Source: Octopus vulgaris
Lineage: Eukaryota
NCBI GenBank assembly: GCA_951406725.2
Contig: OX597821.1
Location: 33,108,001-33,172,000 of the forward strand
DNA: 64,000 nucleotides
Reading direction: 5' to 3'
Shown here: positions 1 through 13,100 of the stretch, one piece after another
How the letters are laid out: each line of letters begins with the position of its first letter
Numbering within the stretch: the first letter of the stretch is position 1
Made by a program: the position numbers and the translations under genes
The notes under the pieces: generated by a model
Databases searched by the model: none
What the model was told of the DNA's origin: nothing
Seen by the model: only the letters and a program-made list of their open reading frames with translations

Positions 1-7
1 CATGTAC

Positions 8-228
8 ATTATTTACATTCGACGGATATTTGTCCTCATCTTGTTTGTCGTTAACACAACGTTTCAGCTGATATACCTTCCAGTCTTTATCATGTGCCTT
101 GGGGAAATTTCGAACACAGGTTCAAAATTTCCCCAAGATACCTGATAAAGGCCAGAGGGTATGTCAGCCGAAACGGTGTGTTAACAACAAACAAGATGAG
201 GACAAATATCCGTCAATTGTAAATAATA
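8..228. repeat. Imperfect palindrome with degenerate hammerhead-like core
   Basis: 8-115 vs 120-228; CTGATAA-aggc...gcc-GAAA at 142-173. Confidence 0.8.
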
Positions 229-941
229 CCAGACTCTGTCTTTCATTTCATTATTTTACAAACTATATTTTTCTTTTCAAATTATATTGATGTTGTATTC
301 AACTTCTGTGTTAAATACCTTTATTTGTAGTAGTTTTCCTAACAAAAGCTCTTAACTATTGAATTCATAGAAAATACATCAACAATAATTAATTTAGGTG
401 CTATTTCAACTAAAGTTTGTTTCTTCATAAAGATTATTTCTATTGTGATTGTTTTTGAACGGGGCTTGTCTATTTCACTTGTACTAGTTTCTGAGTACGT
501 GTCTTTGCAAACGATCTTTAATTGGCACAAAAGACTGCTTTTTTAATTGGGCAAGAACTTAAAGGAAATCTTGTAATTTATACTTACTTTTTAAATAATT
601 AGGTCGGGATTTCCCGGGAAATAGAATGCAATCACAGATATTTTCCGGTGCATTTTTAGCCAAATTTCCAGGGATTTCCGAAATCCCAGAAGAAAAACTT
701 CGGTATAAATATTATTTTTATATTCTACCAACAAGTTCGGAAGGGGTCTATTTTTATTGGCATATAGAAAATAAAACGAAAAAAAGAATCATATATATAA
801 CTAATTCTTGTTACTAAACCTGTGACCAGTCTATTAATTTCTCACACACGTAGCTGCGTCGGGTCGGTACTGAGGAAATGCAAAGGGAACAAGAATGCTG
901 AAAACACTTATAGTTCTTTTTATTGTTTATTGGCTTAAAGG

Positions 942-969
<28 letters not shown>

Positions 970-973
<4 letters not shown>

Positions 974-1280
974 AACCATATCACAAGATATATTATGATC
1001 ATCTTCGGCAGAAAATCAATTCTCCAGTTTTTCAAATTAGATGGTGCGGAATCTGTTACAGATTCTGAATCGATTTTAGGACAAGAAGTGGATTTGGGAA
1101 GAATATAATACTGAAAAGACATCAATTTTTTGCTAAGGGAGTTACCTATATTCCAGTGGCCTTCAATCCACCTGCGTAATATTTTCGGCTCAGATGTCAT
1201 TCCGATGTATGTCCTTAATTGTTTATACAGAAACAACTGAATTCGATGACGAGTTGAACCGGCCTCAGGGGCTTCAAAAG
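970..1280 (-). CDS. Gene A exon 4 (PEBP C-terminal strand + Ser/Thr-rich linker + hydrophobic tail)
   Basis: Polypyrimidine tract ...ccaccag|(P)FEAPEAGSTRHRIQLFLYKQ...SFQYY...MIIIYLVIWL*. Homologous to YEGPSPPSGIHRYQFFLY...SFQYL of gene B. Confidence 0.85.
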
Positions 1281-1404
1281 CTGGTGGAAGGAAAAGAGAA
1301 AAATTATTTGTAGAAAGCAAATTTGTAGAAAACAAACACACATACGATGGGATCATGGCTTTGGGTAAAAAAAAATACAGCAGGAGGATCATTTAGTTAT
1401 GATT

Positions 1405-1551
1405 TTATTCAACATATCCCCTTCTCAGATTCACACACTTATTGCAGCAGTCCTTCAGTTTTACTAAGCCCTGTAAAAGAACTCGGAAGGTTGGACCTCC
1501 AACCAAGCCTTTCGCGACACCCTTAAAGGAACTTTTCAAGAACACCTCGTA
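1405..1551 (-). mobile_element. Mariner remnant
   Basis: Minus strand reads GLVKLKDCCNKCVNLRRGYVE*, like a mariner transposase C-terminus; TACGAGG-type end. Confidence 0.5.
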
Positions 1552-2532
1552 CGTATGTGTATATATGTGCAGGTATGTGTCCACGCTTATGCATATGTAT
1601 GTGTAGGTATGTAGGTAGGTATGGAGGGAGGGGAGGGAGGTGTACTTTCATTACTACTGGTAACATGCAACTCAGTACACCCTATCCCATGATCGAGGTG
1701 TCGGCGACTAAACCGGCAGCCTTACAAAGCCTGCTTTGTAAGGTGGGATGGGATTTCGTAGGTCAAGTAAAAGAATAACCAGTCGAATAACAGATGAACT
1801 CAATAGAGCCAGCCACCATCCAACAGTTGGGAGTGAGAGACCGCTAGTCTTTGTCTATACATCTCTCGATAAGAAGGAAATTCCGAAATAACACCCGCCT
1901 CGCTGCGAAGCCAGAGATCCTGCTTTTGCCTGTTTCTAGACTACATGGTTTTGTAGGTGAGAGTCTTAGCTCTGTAGGGCAAGTTGCTAATGATTTAAAA
2001 TTTCAGTACAAGCATTGCTGTCAGCCATTGTCTTTATCGTTTAGGATAAGATAACACGGGCCAACAAAAGTTTTTGTCTCTTGTCAGAACATTTGGGGTG
2101 CATAGAATTCGAAAATGACATCGATTTATTACAATCACATCAAGATTTTAAGATACTGGATCCATAGACGTTCATTGTTTTTCTTCGATAAAACAGCTTA
2201 TGGAAAACAAAGCATAACATACAGACATAGAAACTGGTTTTTCTTCGAAACCAGGATGTTTTCTTAAAATTCTACTGGGAAACTATTAAAAATTTTAAAC
2301 ACAGAATCAAATGGTTGGGAAGCAGGCTTCTTTTATTCATTCAATTTGGCCACAAGGGCCTTACAAAGAGATGGAATGATTGACGATATGATAATAATGA
2401 GGGCAACAGCAACGCCTGCCGATTGCTGTTTACCCGAGCACATTGTTCTTTATAAAACATATTGAGGCAACAAACCTCTTACATTTACGACATAAAAAGC
2501 CATTGTGAGGCAATACTTACATACATACATAC

Positions 2533-4027
2533 ATGATGATGGCCGTCCATTCGTGACCGAGGAAGACCATTACCGACCTTCAGGAACATTGTGCGCTCTA
2601 GGACTAACTTATATTTTGCATTTGCGGCTCCGTTGGTGGCTAATGAGCCCTGCTCTTGACAAGCATACACGACTGCAAACATTGCAGACCAAGCTTTCCC
2701 CATTCACTATACGTGCCGTGCGCTTTCGCGCAGCTCGCTTAAGTTCTTCATGCTGAATACGTGCTCTCTCAAAAGTGTCGATCCCCTCCATAACCTGCTT
2801 CCTCCATCTGTGGCGATGACAGGCATTGTTCTCCCAGTCAGTGTCCTGCATATCAAAGGCCTTTAACGAGGACTTGACACAGTCCTTAAATCGCAGCCTT
2901 GGTTTCTGCCGGAGTCTCCTTCCATTCACAAGTTCTCCATAGAGCATCTGCTTAGGAATCCTTCTATCCTCCATTCTAATAAGGTGTCCAGTCCAACGCA
3001 ACCGGTGCTTGTGTACCATCGCCTCAATACTCAAGATATCAGCTGTCCTCAGGATCTGTGTGTCTTGAATTTTTGAGGTCCAGCCAACATTGAGAATGTG
3101 TCTGAGACATCTCTGATGAAAACGTTCAAGGACCCTTACCTGACGTTTGTACAGAGTCCATGTCTCACATGAGTAGAGAAGCTATGTCAGTACACAAGCA
3201 CGATACACAGCAACTTTTGTTCTCCTTGCGATGCCATGTTGGGACCAGACACGAGACTGACGAGACCGGAAGGAATTAGTTGCTCTCTGCAACCTGAAAG
3301 ATATTTCCTCATCCAGGGAGCAAGAACGGCTGAGTGTGCTGCCCAGGTAGACAAACTTGTCTACTACCTTCAGAATTGTTCCTTCAACCAAGATAGCTGG
3401 TTCTATATATGGATTTCCTGGTGCAGGCTGGAACATTACAACAGTCTTGTCTAGGCTAATGCTGAGTCCAAATGCCCTGCAAGAAGCAGAAATGCAATTC
3501 ATGAGTATTTGCATGTCATCCACTGTATGAGTGACTAAGTCACAGTCATCTGCATAAAGGAGGTCACGAATAATAGACTGGGACACCCTTGAATTGGCAG
3601 CAAATCGGCGAAGATTAAAGAGGCGGCCAGAAGATCGATATCTGACATATATTCCCAGAGAGTTAACCTTAGCAAAAGCATGAGTAAAAACAGCAGTAAA
3701 GTACAAAGAAAAGAGAGTTGGGGCAAGGATGTCACCCTGCTTGACACCATTCTCTACAGGAATGGGTCCCGCCATGGCACCACAAGCATTGACCCAAGCC
3801 TCCATCCCATCATGAAATGATTCAATTATAGATACAAAGTGATCCGGACATCCAAGTCTGCCGAGTATTTTCCATAGAAAGGCCCTACTTACAGTATCAA
3901 AGGCCTTAGTCAAATCAATGAATACCTGGACAAGATCCATATTCTGCTCATAGCACTTCTCCTGCATCTGTCTTGCTGTGAAAATCATATCCATTGTCCC
4001 TCTACCAGATCGGAAGCCACATTGAGA

Positions 4028-4028
<1 letters not shown>
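2533..4028 (-). mobile_element. 5'-truncated RTE-clade LINE (RT + C-terminal C2H2)
   Basis: FIDLTKAFD, GVKQGDILAP, YADD, WTGHLIRM..RIPKQMLYGEL, CNVC...HQRS. In-frame TAG at 3182; embedded in (CATA)n. Confidence 0.92.
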
Positions 4029-4083
<55 letters not shown>

Positions 4084-4175
4084 TATCCCGCAAACAATAT
4101 GGAAAATCATACGTATTCCTTATTCATCAACCTATTGCATAATTTTTCTTCGCAATGATTAGTATATGCAAATTA

Positions 4176-4606
4176 GAATCTTTTCGGTTTGAACGGCAGT
4201 TTTCTAGCGGTGTCATATGAAATTGTCACCCATAATTATGACCCTAGTATCGATCTATTGCATTTCAATCTATTTTAGGGTTATGGTTAGTTAGGGTAAG
4301 GGTTAGGGGTGGGGGAAAGTGTATCTTTTTTTCTTCACAAATGTAAATAAACCCAATCTGTTTCTTCAACGAGGGACATATTCATACGGCACAGAATGTT
4401 GTTTACCTCAATGGACGTCATTGATTTGTTGAAATTGCAGAAATTGAAGAAAAACAACAACAAATATCTTACAAACTATAGAATTTTCTCAATAAATCCG
4501 AGAGAAAAAAATGTTTTATAAACACATTCTACCAGTATACGAAGTTTAAAATTTTTTAGATACCTAGAAGTTATGTTAAAAACTGCCATTCAAACCGAAA
4601 AGATCC
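4176..4606 (-). mobile_element. GGATC-TIR MITE copy 1 (inverted)
   Basis: TIR GGATCTTTTCGGTTTGAACGGCAGTTTT; internal (TTAGGG)-like tract. Confidence 0.88.
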
Positions 4607-4666
4607 AAAAATTATCTTGTCATATTTTCTTGTTACACACAAACACACACACATACACACATGCTT

Positions 4667-4698
<32 letters not shown>

Positions 4699-4755
4699 TG
4701 GGGAGAGAGAAAGAGAGACATGAACGCCTGGAGTCAAACTGAAAACAGTACTTAC

Positions 4756-4813
4756 GTATAATGTCATCCGTTCCAGCAGTTACTCCGTTTTTGCTGTTCG
4801 CCAAATCTTGTGC
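4756..4813 (-). CDS. Gene A exon 3 (58 nt)
   Basis: tttttcttag|AQDLANSKNGVTAGTDDII+C|gtaagt. Phase 0 start, phase 1 end; KNG shared with gene B exon 3. Confidence 0.8.
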
Positions 4814-4918
4814 CTAAGAAAAATTAGTAAACTAATGTATATACGTAATACATATATACATACATATACATAATAGAGTCAACAGATGAGATCCAGAAAC
4901 GCTCTATATACAAAACAC

Positions 4919-5336
4919 GGATCTTTTCGGTTTGAACGGCAGTTTTTATCATAATTTCTATGTAACTAAAAAATTTTTAACTTCATATACTGGTAGAATG
5001 TGTTTATAAAACATATTTTTCTCTTGGCTTTATTGAGAAAATTCTATAATTTGTAAGATATTTGTTGTTTTTCTTCAATTTCTGCAATTTCAACCAATCA
5101 CTGACGTCTATTGAGGTAACAAAAAAACATTCTGTGCCGCATATGTCCCTCGTTTAAGAAACAGATTGGGTTTATTTACATTTGTGAAGAAAAAAAATAC
5201 CCTACCCCCCACCCTAACCCTAACCCTAACCCTAAAACAGATTGAAATGCAATATATCGATACTAGGGTCATAATTATGTGTGACAATTTCATATGACAC
5301 CGCTAGAAAAAACTGCCGTTCAAACCAAAAAGATCC
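4919..5336 (+). mobile_element. GGATC-TIR MITE copy 2
   Basis: Same TIRs; TSD caaaacac/gaaaacac. Confidence 0.9.
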
Positions 5337-5555
5337 GAAAACACTTTATAGCGCTCAAATGATTTAAATTATACATCGAAATCTTTACCGAAGGACTAAG
5401 TCCGGAGGATAAAAAGTGGCTATGAGAGGAATCCTGGTGAGCAGATATGGAGATAATGATGCAAATTTGATAAATAGAGCTGCTTGGGTTATACATACAA
5501 AGTATACATGTACATAGAGAGAAAGAAAACACTAAACATTTTCAGACGACGAATA

Positions 5556-5956
5556 TCTTTATATATAAAAGAGAGGTTGTGTGCTGTCTGTCTCCTACGA
5601 TTTAGATTCCTAACTACTCCCACATTTTGCTGTGCAGTGTAACCAAAACCGGGTATCTTATAGTCGTGATTCATATCGAGCCCTTCTGGGTATTAGCGCG
5701 TGTCTACGATGAGTCTACGATTTAAAAAAAATTTACCATCATTTTTTTCCATTTTAATGCATTTTTCGCTATTATATAAGGGAAGTAACTCTCTAAAAAT
5801 GTCTACGATGAGTCAACGATTTAAAAAAAAATTTACCATCATTTTTTTCCCCATTTTTAATGCATTTTTTTTGCTATTTTTTGGCTATAACTCTCTAAAA
5901 ATGCTTATATAGTTATTTCCCTTACAAACCCGAGCAACGCCGGGCGATACTGCTAG
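5556..5956 (+). mobile_element. Non-autonomous Helitron
   Basis: A|TCTTTATATATAAAA start; 3' hairpin CCCGAGCAACGCCGGG then GATACTGCTAG|T, similar to the large Helitron's 3' end. Confidence 0.85.
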
Positions 5957-6225
5957 TTCACGTATAAATATGTGAATACGAGACAGTACAAAGACAGAAA
6001 ATTAAGGGGAGAAGGCATGGTGTTACGGGTCCAACATCAGTTTCTGGAGACTCGGAGCTTAGTATATGTATATACTTGTGTATATATCTACATATCTAAT
6101 ATTGTATGTGTATATTTTATTAATTTGCCTGTACGGCTGATAATTCACTTACCACTCGTGATGGTATTTCAATAATACCATCCCTATATTTATTTATACA
6201 TACATACATACATACGTACATACAT

Positions 6226-6320
<95 letters not shown>

Positions 6321-6324
<4 letters not shown>

Positions 6325-6658
6325 GTAAATCTTCGAGTATAATCCGCATTTCTTTCCCAAAATTTAATGGTCAAAATCCCTAGTGCGTATTATACACGAG
6401 GTTAAAAATGAAAAATATTTTCTAAGCAATGTCCTAGTCTCTATTTGCTGTCCGGCAATGTTTATTCAGACGCATTTTGTGATGTTGGGCGCGAAAATAC
6501 CTTAAGCTAAGCCTGAAAGCAATGAAGTCATAGAAGAATCATCCATAACTTGCAGAAAGCAACATTTAGTAAAATGAAAGTATTCAGAACACAGAATAAT
6601 TATATAACAAAAACAATTTGCAAACATATTTACATTCCCATATAACAGTTAAGAACAT
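6321..6658 (+). mobile_element. Non-autonomous TcMar-like repeat; a longer copy lies at ~46110-46555
   Basis: TA|CCGTAAATC start; near-identical sequence at 46110-46410. Confidence 0.6.
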
Positions 6659-6673
6659 GTATATATATATATA

Positions 6674-9600
6674 CTAGCAGCATAGCCCCGCGTTGCCCGG
6701 GTATGTAAGAGCCCCTAGTAGGCAACGACTAATCCCAATGTAGTCCTTTCCCTCCAGGGAACGAAGGTGCATGTGGACGTTGCAATGTCTTGTCTTCACT
6801 GGAATACTTCTGTATATACGATGTTCCTAGCTGTCCGTTTGGGCGAAAACATGAAAACATCATTGCGCCTCCCAACGCGTGAACAGCCCACGTAGAGTTG
6901 ACCGTGGGCGAAGCACTGTTCGCCCAAATGTAACCCAGCGACTTGTAGCGTTTGGCCTTGGGGTTTATTGATGGACATTGCGAAGCAGAGTTTAACAGGA
7001 AACTGAGAACGCCTGAAGTGGATTGGTAGGTCAGCGCCCGACGGTTGAAGGTGCATCCGTGGAATGAAGACGTCCTATCCCTTCCCGCAACCGGTAAGTA
7101 TTGTGACCGTTATTAAATGTGGTGCCAAATGTTTCACAACCAAACGTGTGCCGTTGCACTGTTTAGGTGGAACCAAATTCCTGATGAGCATAATGGGCGC
7201 ACCGACTTTTAACTTCAGGATGTGTGGTGGCAGGCCTGGCGGTTCAAGTGAATTCAGGAATTCAACAGGATAATCGGCAAGCTGGGCGGGGTCTGCTGTC
7301 CTATCTATAGATTTGTAGACGTGGACATCACCAGGAATAGCTTCAAGTAGCTGGATATTGATGGAGTTGACGGTTGTATTTTTGGGTGCGAGAATAGCTC
7401 TGCCTGCCAGCCATTTTAGGTCGCGTAAATTGTTTTGTAGGTCGTGGAAGACAGCGTCCCGGAGGCTAGCAGGGGTGTCGACAATGGTGCAAAGTGAGTC
7501 CAATTGAACGTAGCCATCCGCATCAGACAGCATCCTATTTTCACCGAGCGATAAGAGGTCCCTGGAGAATGCAGCGGATCCGCTGTCACCAATTAACTGC
7601 ACGCGCATGTTAGTTTGGAGGTGCAAGGGCCGCACATGTGCCCAAAGAGCTGACGACTTAAGGCACGCGCGCACGGCATCGGCACGGGTTCCTTTTGGAA
7701 TAACAGGTAGAGTCTGCCTGAAGTCTCCTGAAAGAAGTAAAGTTAATCCTCTCATGGGGGCCGTAGAGTCTCTGATGTCTTGCAAGGACCTGTCCAGTGC
7801 CTCAAGGGCGCCTTTTAGTGCCATAGTGCACTCGTCCCATACGATGAGTTTGCATCTGCGCAGAATGTCGGCCTGTTCTGAGTTCTTGGCGATGTTGCAG
7901 ATAGGTGACTCGGACTTTGCCAGATCGAGCGGGAGTCTGAAGGCAGAGTGGGCGGTTCTGCCACCCGGAAGCAACGTGGCCGCGATACCAGAGGAAGCTA
8001 CAACCAGGGCAGTGTCCGTGTTGCGTCTGACCTCTGCCAGAATTAGTTTAGTGACGAAGGTTTTGCCAGTGCCGCCGGGTGCATCAAGGAAGAAAATCCC
8101 CCCACGTTGCTGTCTGACAGAGTCTACGATGGTGTTGTAGGCTATGCGCTGGTCTGGAAGCAGCCGTGGTTCATTATCTTGGACGTACTGGTGCAGTTCC
8201 TCAATGCAGTAGGAAGTTTCGCGTAACAATTCAGCAGACATAACATTGGCGTGTTCACGTGTGGGTGGTGAAAGGCCGTACTCTGTTAAAGCAGACCCAC
8301 CCATATCGATGACAGCGTCTTCGAGTTGAATGAGCGCAAAATTGTAAATGAAGTTGGTGAACGTGATCTCGGCGGAAGGGCAGTGTTGCTGAGCCGTACG
8401 TAAGAAGTCGTGCGACATGTCATCCCTGTATTTCATCCAGAGACTTAGTGGATCACTAAGCTGACATTTTTGAAGAAGGATTGTGAAAAGATGTCGTACG
8501 GCCGAATGCGTCTGCAGTAAAGCACCCTCTGCCATCGTGGCATCCCACTGGGAGTCATCCTCTAGAAGGCCAAGTCTCATACATGCTTCCCTGAAGGTGT
8601 CGCACAGAACCCCATTGACGGTACGTATATTGGCGAAACCTGTTGGACCAGTGACCTCATGTAGAAGGAGACGGAGGTAGAAGCATTCTTGCTGGTTTGG
8701 CGGGATGTTGTAAACTCGACCCAGGCAGGAGTCAAACTTGACGCCTGGGAAGCTTTCGACGTTTTTGCCGGATTTCCGTCGAACCCAGGTGTTTTTAGAC
8801 AAAAGCGTTCGAGCGAAGTCATCACGTTGGCATAATTTGAAGAAACCAGTCAACGTTGTGTCTTTAGGGCTGGTGGCTATCTGCACAGCACTTTGCTCTG
8901 TGAAGTAAATCCGCTGTCCATTTTCCAAGTGTACAGCAAGCTGCACCACAGCCGGGTGTCTCTGATGGAGCGGGAAGCCGTAAATGCGCCAAAACGCTTC
9001 GTTGCTGCTGAGGTACCGGCCAGCCAAGTAGTTGGACACTTCGTCGCGACTGGTGGTCCTCTGGATGCTGAACATGGCAGCATCGCTGCCTTTGTTGATA
9101 TATTTGCAGACATATTGTATTGACCTGATGGAGCTGCAGAACTCAACGTTGACGTGGGCTTTGAATATCTTCGACAGGAGAGGACAGTAGGGGACAATGT
9201 AGCTGTTGTCCACTTGATGTCGCCCAACCGTAATCGTGCGGCCTCCATTAGCTGGACTCCTTCGTTTGTACAGCGGATACCCATCGCCGCCTGTTTGAGT
9301 CTCCAAAGTGAACCGTTCAGGGAATCCCTTTGAGCAGGCTAATCCGTTTTTGTAGCATGGTGTGTTGGCGTAATTTGGTCCACAGGGCCCGTGTACCATG
9401 GTAGTGCGGACAATTTCGTAGAGTCCGGGGTCCTCATCGGGGTCAGGAATCTCGGCGGAAATGAATTTGTCAATGTCATTAGTCTCGATTTTATGAGTGA
9501 GCCAAATTAAGATGTGAGCATGTGGCAAGCCCCTCTTTTGCCACTCGACCGAAAACATGTGGCACCTGACATGCCCGAAAATCTGACCCTTAACTATCAA

Positions 9601-12600
9601 ATCCTTCATTTTGCCCAAATTCAGACGGAAAACCCTAGCAACGATGTCGTGTCGATGGGTGTGAGATTGACCCGGGAGGAGTTCGCGAGTGATTTCGTCG
9701 CAGCTGGGATTGCACGTGTAGGTGATAAAGAGGTCCGGCCGGCCGTAAATGCGCACGTAGGTCAAGGCGTCTTGGGTCCTTTCACGCATATATCGCGGTC
9801 CTCCCGTGAAGGTGGAGGGTAGAATGCATGGCTTGCCGATGTTGCGAGGGTCATTTTCTTGTTGCAAACCGTCACGGAGATGAATGTAGGAGTCGGAGCG
9901 AAGTTTGGTCTGATTAAGTTTAATGTATAGCAGCCTTTCCGATTCCATTTTTGCGGCCATGTCGACGGCGAACTGGTTGAATAGCTGACGACAACGGGGC
10001 AATAAGTTGAACTCACCCTCCCTGACCATGAACCGGTATGAGTAGAACGCCCTGCAGGAAACCGTCTTTGATGCCGCAGTAGTTTGATTGGAGGGCTGCC
10101 GTAAAGGAATTCCGAAGTGGTAGCCGTCTTCCCCATAAGGGAAAAGCAATGGATACTGAAGCGCGTCATAAGATCTGTGAGTCTCGCTGATCCTGTGTAG
10201 GTTGTTACCACGGGAGGAGATGATTATGTCACGGCTGTTGTGTTGCTCTCCGTGTATGACTGCGGCAATTTCGTTGCACGCAGGTGCGTTGAAACGGCGT
10301 TCGTGCTCCCCGTGGGGTCGTTTATCAGCATCAATGACAACGGCGAAGTTTGGAGATGGAGCACTGTCCAAGGCATATCTGAAGCTGCAGACGTAGCTGT
10401 TGATATCATGAAGCATGGTTTGGAGACGGAGAAGAATGTCTTTGCGGGGAACATAGCTTGTACCCGGTATTATTCCAAGGCGTGCATCAACCTGGTGGTT
10501 GTAGTCGGCAATGAAGTATATTTGGAGGAAAGAAGACTGCTGAATCTCGTCTGGCAGAAGTGACCCGATAAGATGGTAGACCTGTCCCTGCACTTTGAAA
10601 GTAGGCATCCAGCCTTCTCTGGGAGGAATTTTGGCCCCGAAAGAGGTAATTTGGAATGAGCAGTTGTACTTTCGAATTATTTCAAGGAATTGTGACGAAT
10701 CGGGGGTTAAACCCGCCGCGAGATCCTTCAGTGGTTGAGGTGGTTCCCGTAGGGGTGGCAGGTCCACTTTGCCACCAGAGCAGCACAAACCAGGTGGCTC
10801 TCCGGGCCATTTCTTGGCTTTGCAAAACTGGCATACAATTGTCATTGACCCTATCTTGATGTCGTCACGCAAGGAGAAGTTAATTGTGGCGTCGTAGTTG
10901 AATGCTAGTGACAACCAGAAAGCGGGGGCAGGGATACGTACACCACGAATGATATCCCGACGTTTGTTGATACTCTCAAGTCGAGTGCACCGTGCCTCAG
11001 CAGATTCAGATGCACGTGCGACAGCGGTAGCAGTGGCATCCCTTGAAAGCCTTTCAGCTCTCGCCTCAGCACCCTCTGAAGCCCTAGCAGAAGCAGTGTT
11101 AATGGCATGTCTGGATGTCCGAATAGTCCGTTGGTGTGGAGTTTCGGCAGATCGAGCCCTGGCTGTGTTTGCGGCGTTAGCAGCTTGGCGAGCTCTCCTC
11201 TGTTGAGGTGTTTCGGCAGCTTTGGCCATGGCTTTGTTTGCGGCGTCAGCATCTTGGCGAGTTCTCCTCTGCTGTGAGGTTTCGACAGATCGTGTCCTGG
11301 CGGTGCTAGTGGCGTTAGCCGCATTCCGAATGGCCCTTTGTTCGGGGTTCTCGCGAGCTCTGCGGATGGAAGCACAGTAAGAAGCCCGCATGTTTTGGCT
11401 GGACTGTTGCTCTTTCGTCAACCTCGAGCGGAGGGAAGATCTGTACGCTGCGACCCTTGCAAGTCGGGTAGAACGGTCGCTAGTAGTTTCAGATGCCTGA
11501 GCAGCGGCATAACGGGAAGCTGTTTGCGAGAGGCGCAAGGCGGTTTCCTCGTGGGTCTCGCGTGCCCTTCTAGCCCTAGCAGCCGATGCCTTGGCCGTCC
11601 GAGGGCTGAGGAGGGTCCTTCTCTTCTTGGGTGGCATTTTGGTGGATAGCAATGTGTTTGGCAAAGGTATAATAAAAAGGAACACGTGGGGTAAGTATTT
11701 TGGTGGATAGCAATGTGTTTGGTAAAGGTGTAATAAAAAGGAGCTCGTGGGGTAAGTATCCGAAAATGTATAAAAATGTACAAAAACGGCCAAAAAGCTG
11801 GCAGCAATGTGAGTGACAACAACGAAAAAGTCAAAAGTGATCAAACTGAACAAACGAAAGGAAAAGTTTTTTGATGCACACGACAAAAGTGGTTTATAAT
11901 AAACCAAGAGTTTGCAAGTAGCGTCCGAGGACCGTTAGGGTACGTCAAAAATTGAAGGTAAAACGTTTGGGGTGGTAGTTATAAAGAAAGTTTAAACAAA
12001 AAAGTATTCGAATAACTTGCGGCTGCAGCAGCTATTAGCAGAAGTGGCGGTGTTGGGGGTAAAGTCTCGAATGTAATTTCTTCCTGGTAGGAATTGGTTG
12101 GATCGAATTATCGATAGCTAAAAAGGTCAAGTTGCGTCCCCTAGACAGTCTCGTTTGTGTTTAATACACAAATTTGTTTGCTATGTGTGCCACATATGAT
12201 TAAATTAACCGATTTTTTCCAATAATGTATCCTATTGGAATAAAAAGGGCTATATAGCTCCTTGGAGCAGACATGATGCTCGTTGTGAAAAAAAAAAAGA
12301 TTCCTGCCAATTTGTGAAAGATATTGTCGAAAATATGTCATCTTGAATTTGAACGCGATTTCCCAAAATGGCATGATTTTATCGATTGTTTCTGATGGTA
12401 AGGTATTGCATGGAAAACTAACGTCAGAATTGAGTTTCTTAGGGTAACATTAAGCTTCACCATGAGTTTGGTGAAAATCGATTGCAAGTTGTGAAAACTA
12501 CCATAGATAATGCGTTGCATAAAAAAAGCTTAGATTCTCGAGTTGCGTCCCCTAGACAGTCTGTGGTTCGTGTTTATGGTTCTCGACCCCATGTCGAATT

Positions 12601-12785
12601 TATCAATTTTTTTCAGAACTGGGGGAACTTTTCAAAATTTTCGCTGCGTTAGTTTTGAATTATGACATTGGGCTATGTGTGTGTCAAGTTTCATCAGAAT
12701 CGGTTGAAAGCCGTGGTCAGGGTGAGGGTACGAGAAAACAGACACACAGAAGCACGCACAGACAAACTGCCGTTTATATATAGAG

Positions 12786-12786
<1 letters not shown>
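6674..12786 (-). mobile_element. Full-length Helitron (rolling-circle transposon)
   Basis: Minus strand begins A|TCTCTATATATAAA and ends with GC hairpin CCCGGGCAACGCGGGG then ...CTAG|T; no TSD; encodes RepHel. Confidence 0.93.
6796..11637 (-). pseudogene. Helitron RepHel (HUH Rep + PIF1-like helicase) with one in-frame TAG at 7075-7077
   Basis: Likely start MPPKKRR. Motifs: VEWQKRGLPHAHIL (HUH), YVCKYINKG (Y2), DAPGGTGKT, IVWDEC, GDFRQTLPV. The frame continues past the TAG as DVFIPR...QFPVKLCFAMSINKPQGQT...HGQLYVGCSRV...NIVYTEVFQ*. Confidence 0.92.
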
Positions 12787-12834
<48 letters not shown>

Positions 12835-12868
12835 CGAGTTTGTGTACGTGTCTATTTGTTGGAAATCA

Positions 12869-13100
12869 AAGGCGGCGAGCTGGCAGAAACGTTAGCACAC
12901 CGGACGAAATGCGTAGCCGTATTTCGTCTACCGTTACATTCTGGGTTCAAATTACGCCGAGGTCGACTTTGCCTTTCATCCTTTCGAGGTCGATAAATTA
13001 AGTACCAGTTACGCACTGGGGTCGATGTAATCGACTTAATTCGTTTGTCTGTCCTTGTTTGTCCCCTCTATGTTTAGCCCCTTGTGGATAATAAAGAAAC
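12869..13100 (+). mobile_element. tRNA-derived SINE family 1. Other copies: 13722-13955(-), 19715-19912, 32926-33500 (tandem), 34970-35158(-), 38192-38637 (two), 45092-45318, 55789-56021(-), many degenerate at 47.7-48.8 and 52.2-53.5 kb
   Basis: A/B boxes GGCGAGCTGGCAGAA and G(A/G)GTTCAAAT. Central GCCTTTCATCCTTTCG(A/G)GGTCGATAAATTAAGTACCAG resembles a MetaSINE-type domain. Confidence 0.85.

Noticed and set aside
339-536. Possible fifth exon of gene A
   Set aside because: Weak acceptor, no recognisable homology, and exon 4 already ends in a stop codon.
5210-5235. Interstitial telomere
   Set aside because: Only 2-4 CCCTAA units, always inside the MITE.
7607-11834. Antisense and alternative-frame ORFs within the Helitron
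   Set aside because: Shadows of a long GC-rich coding frame with no recognisable motifs.
11638-11907. N-terminal ~90 aa of the 1610-aa ORF
   Set aside because: Non-ATG start running through a ~61-bp direct repeat; MPPKKRR at 11637 is the more plausible start.
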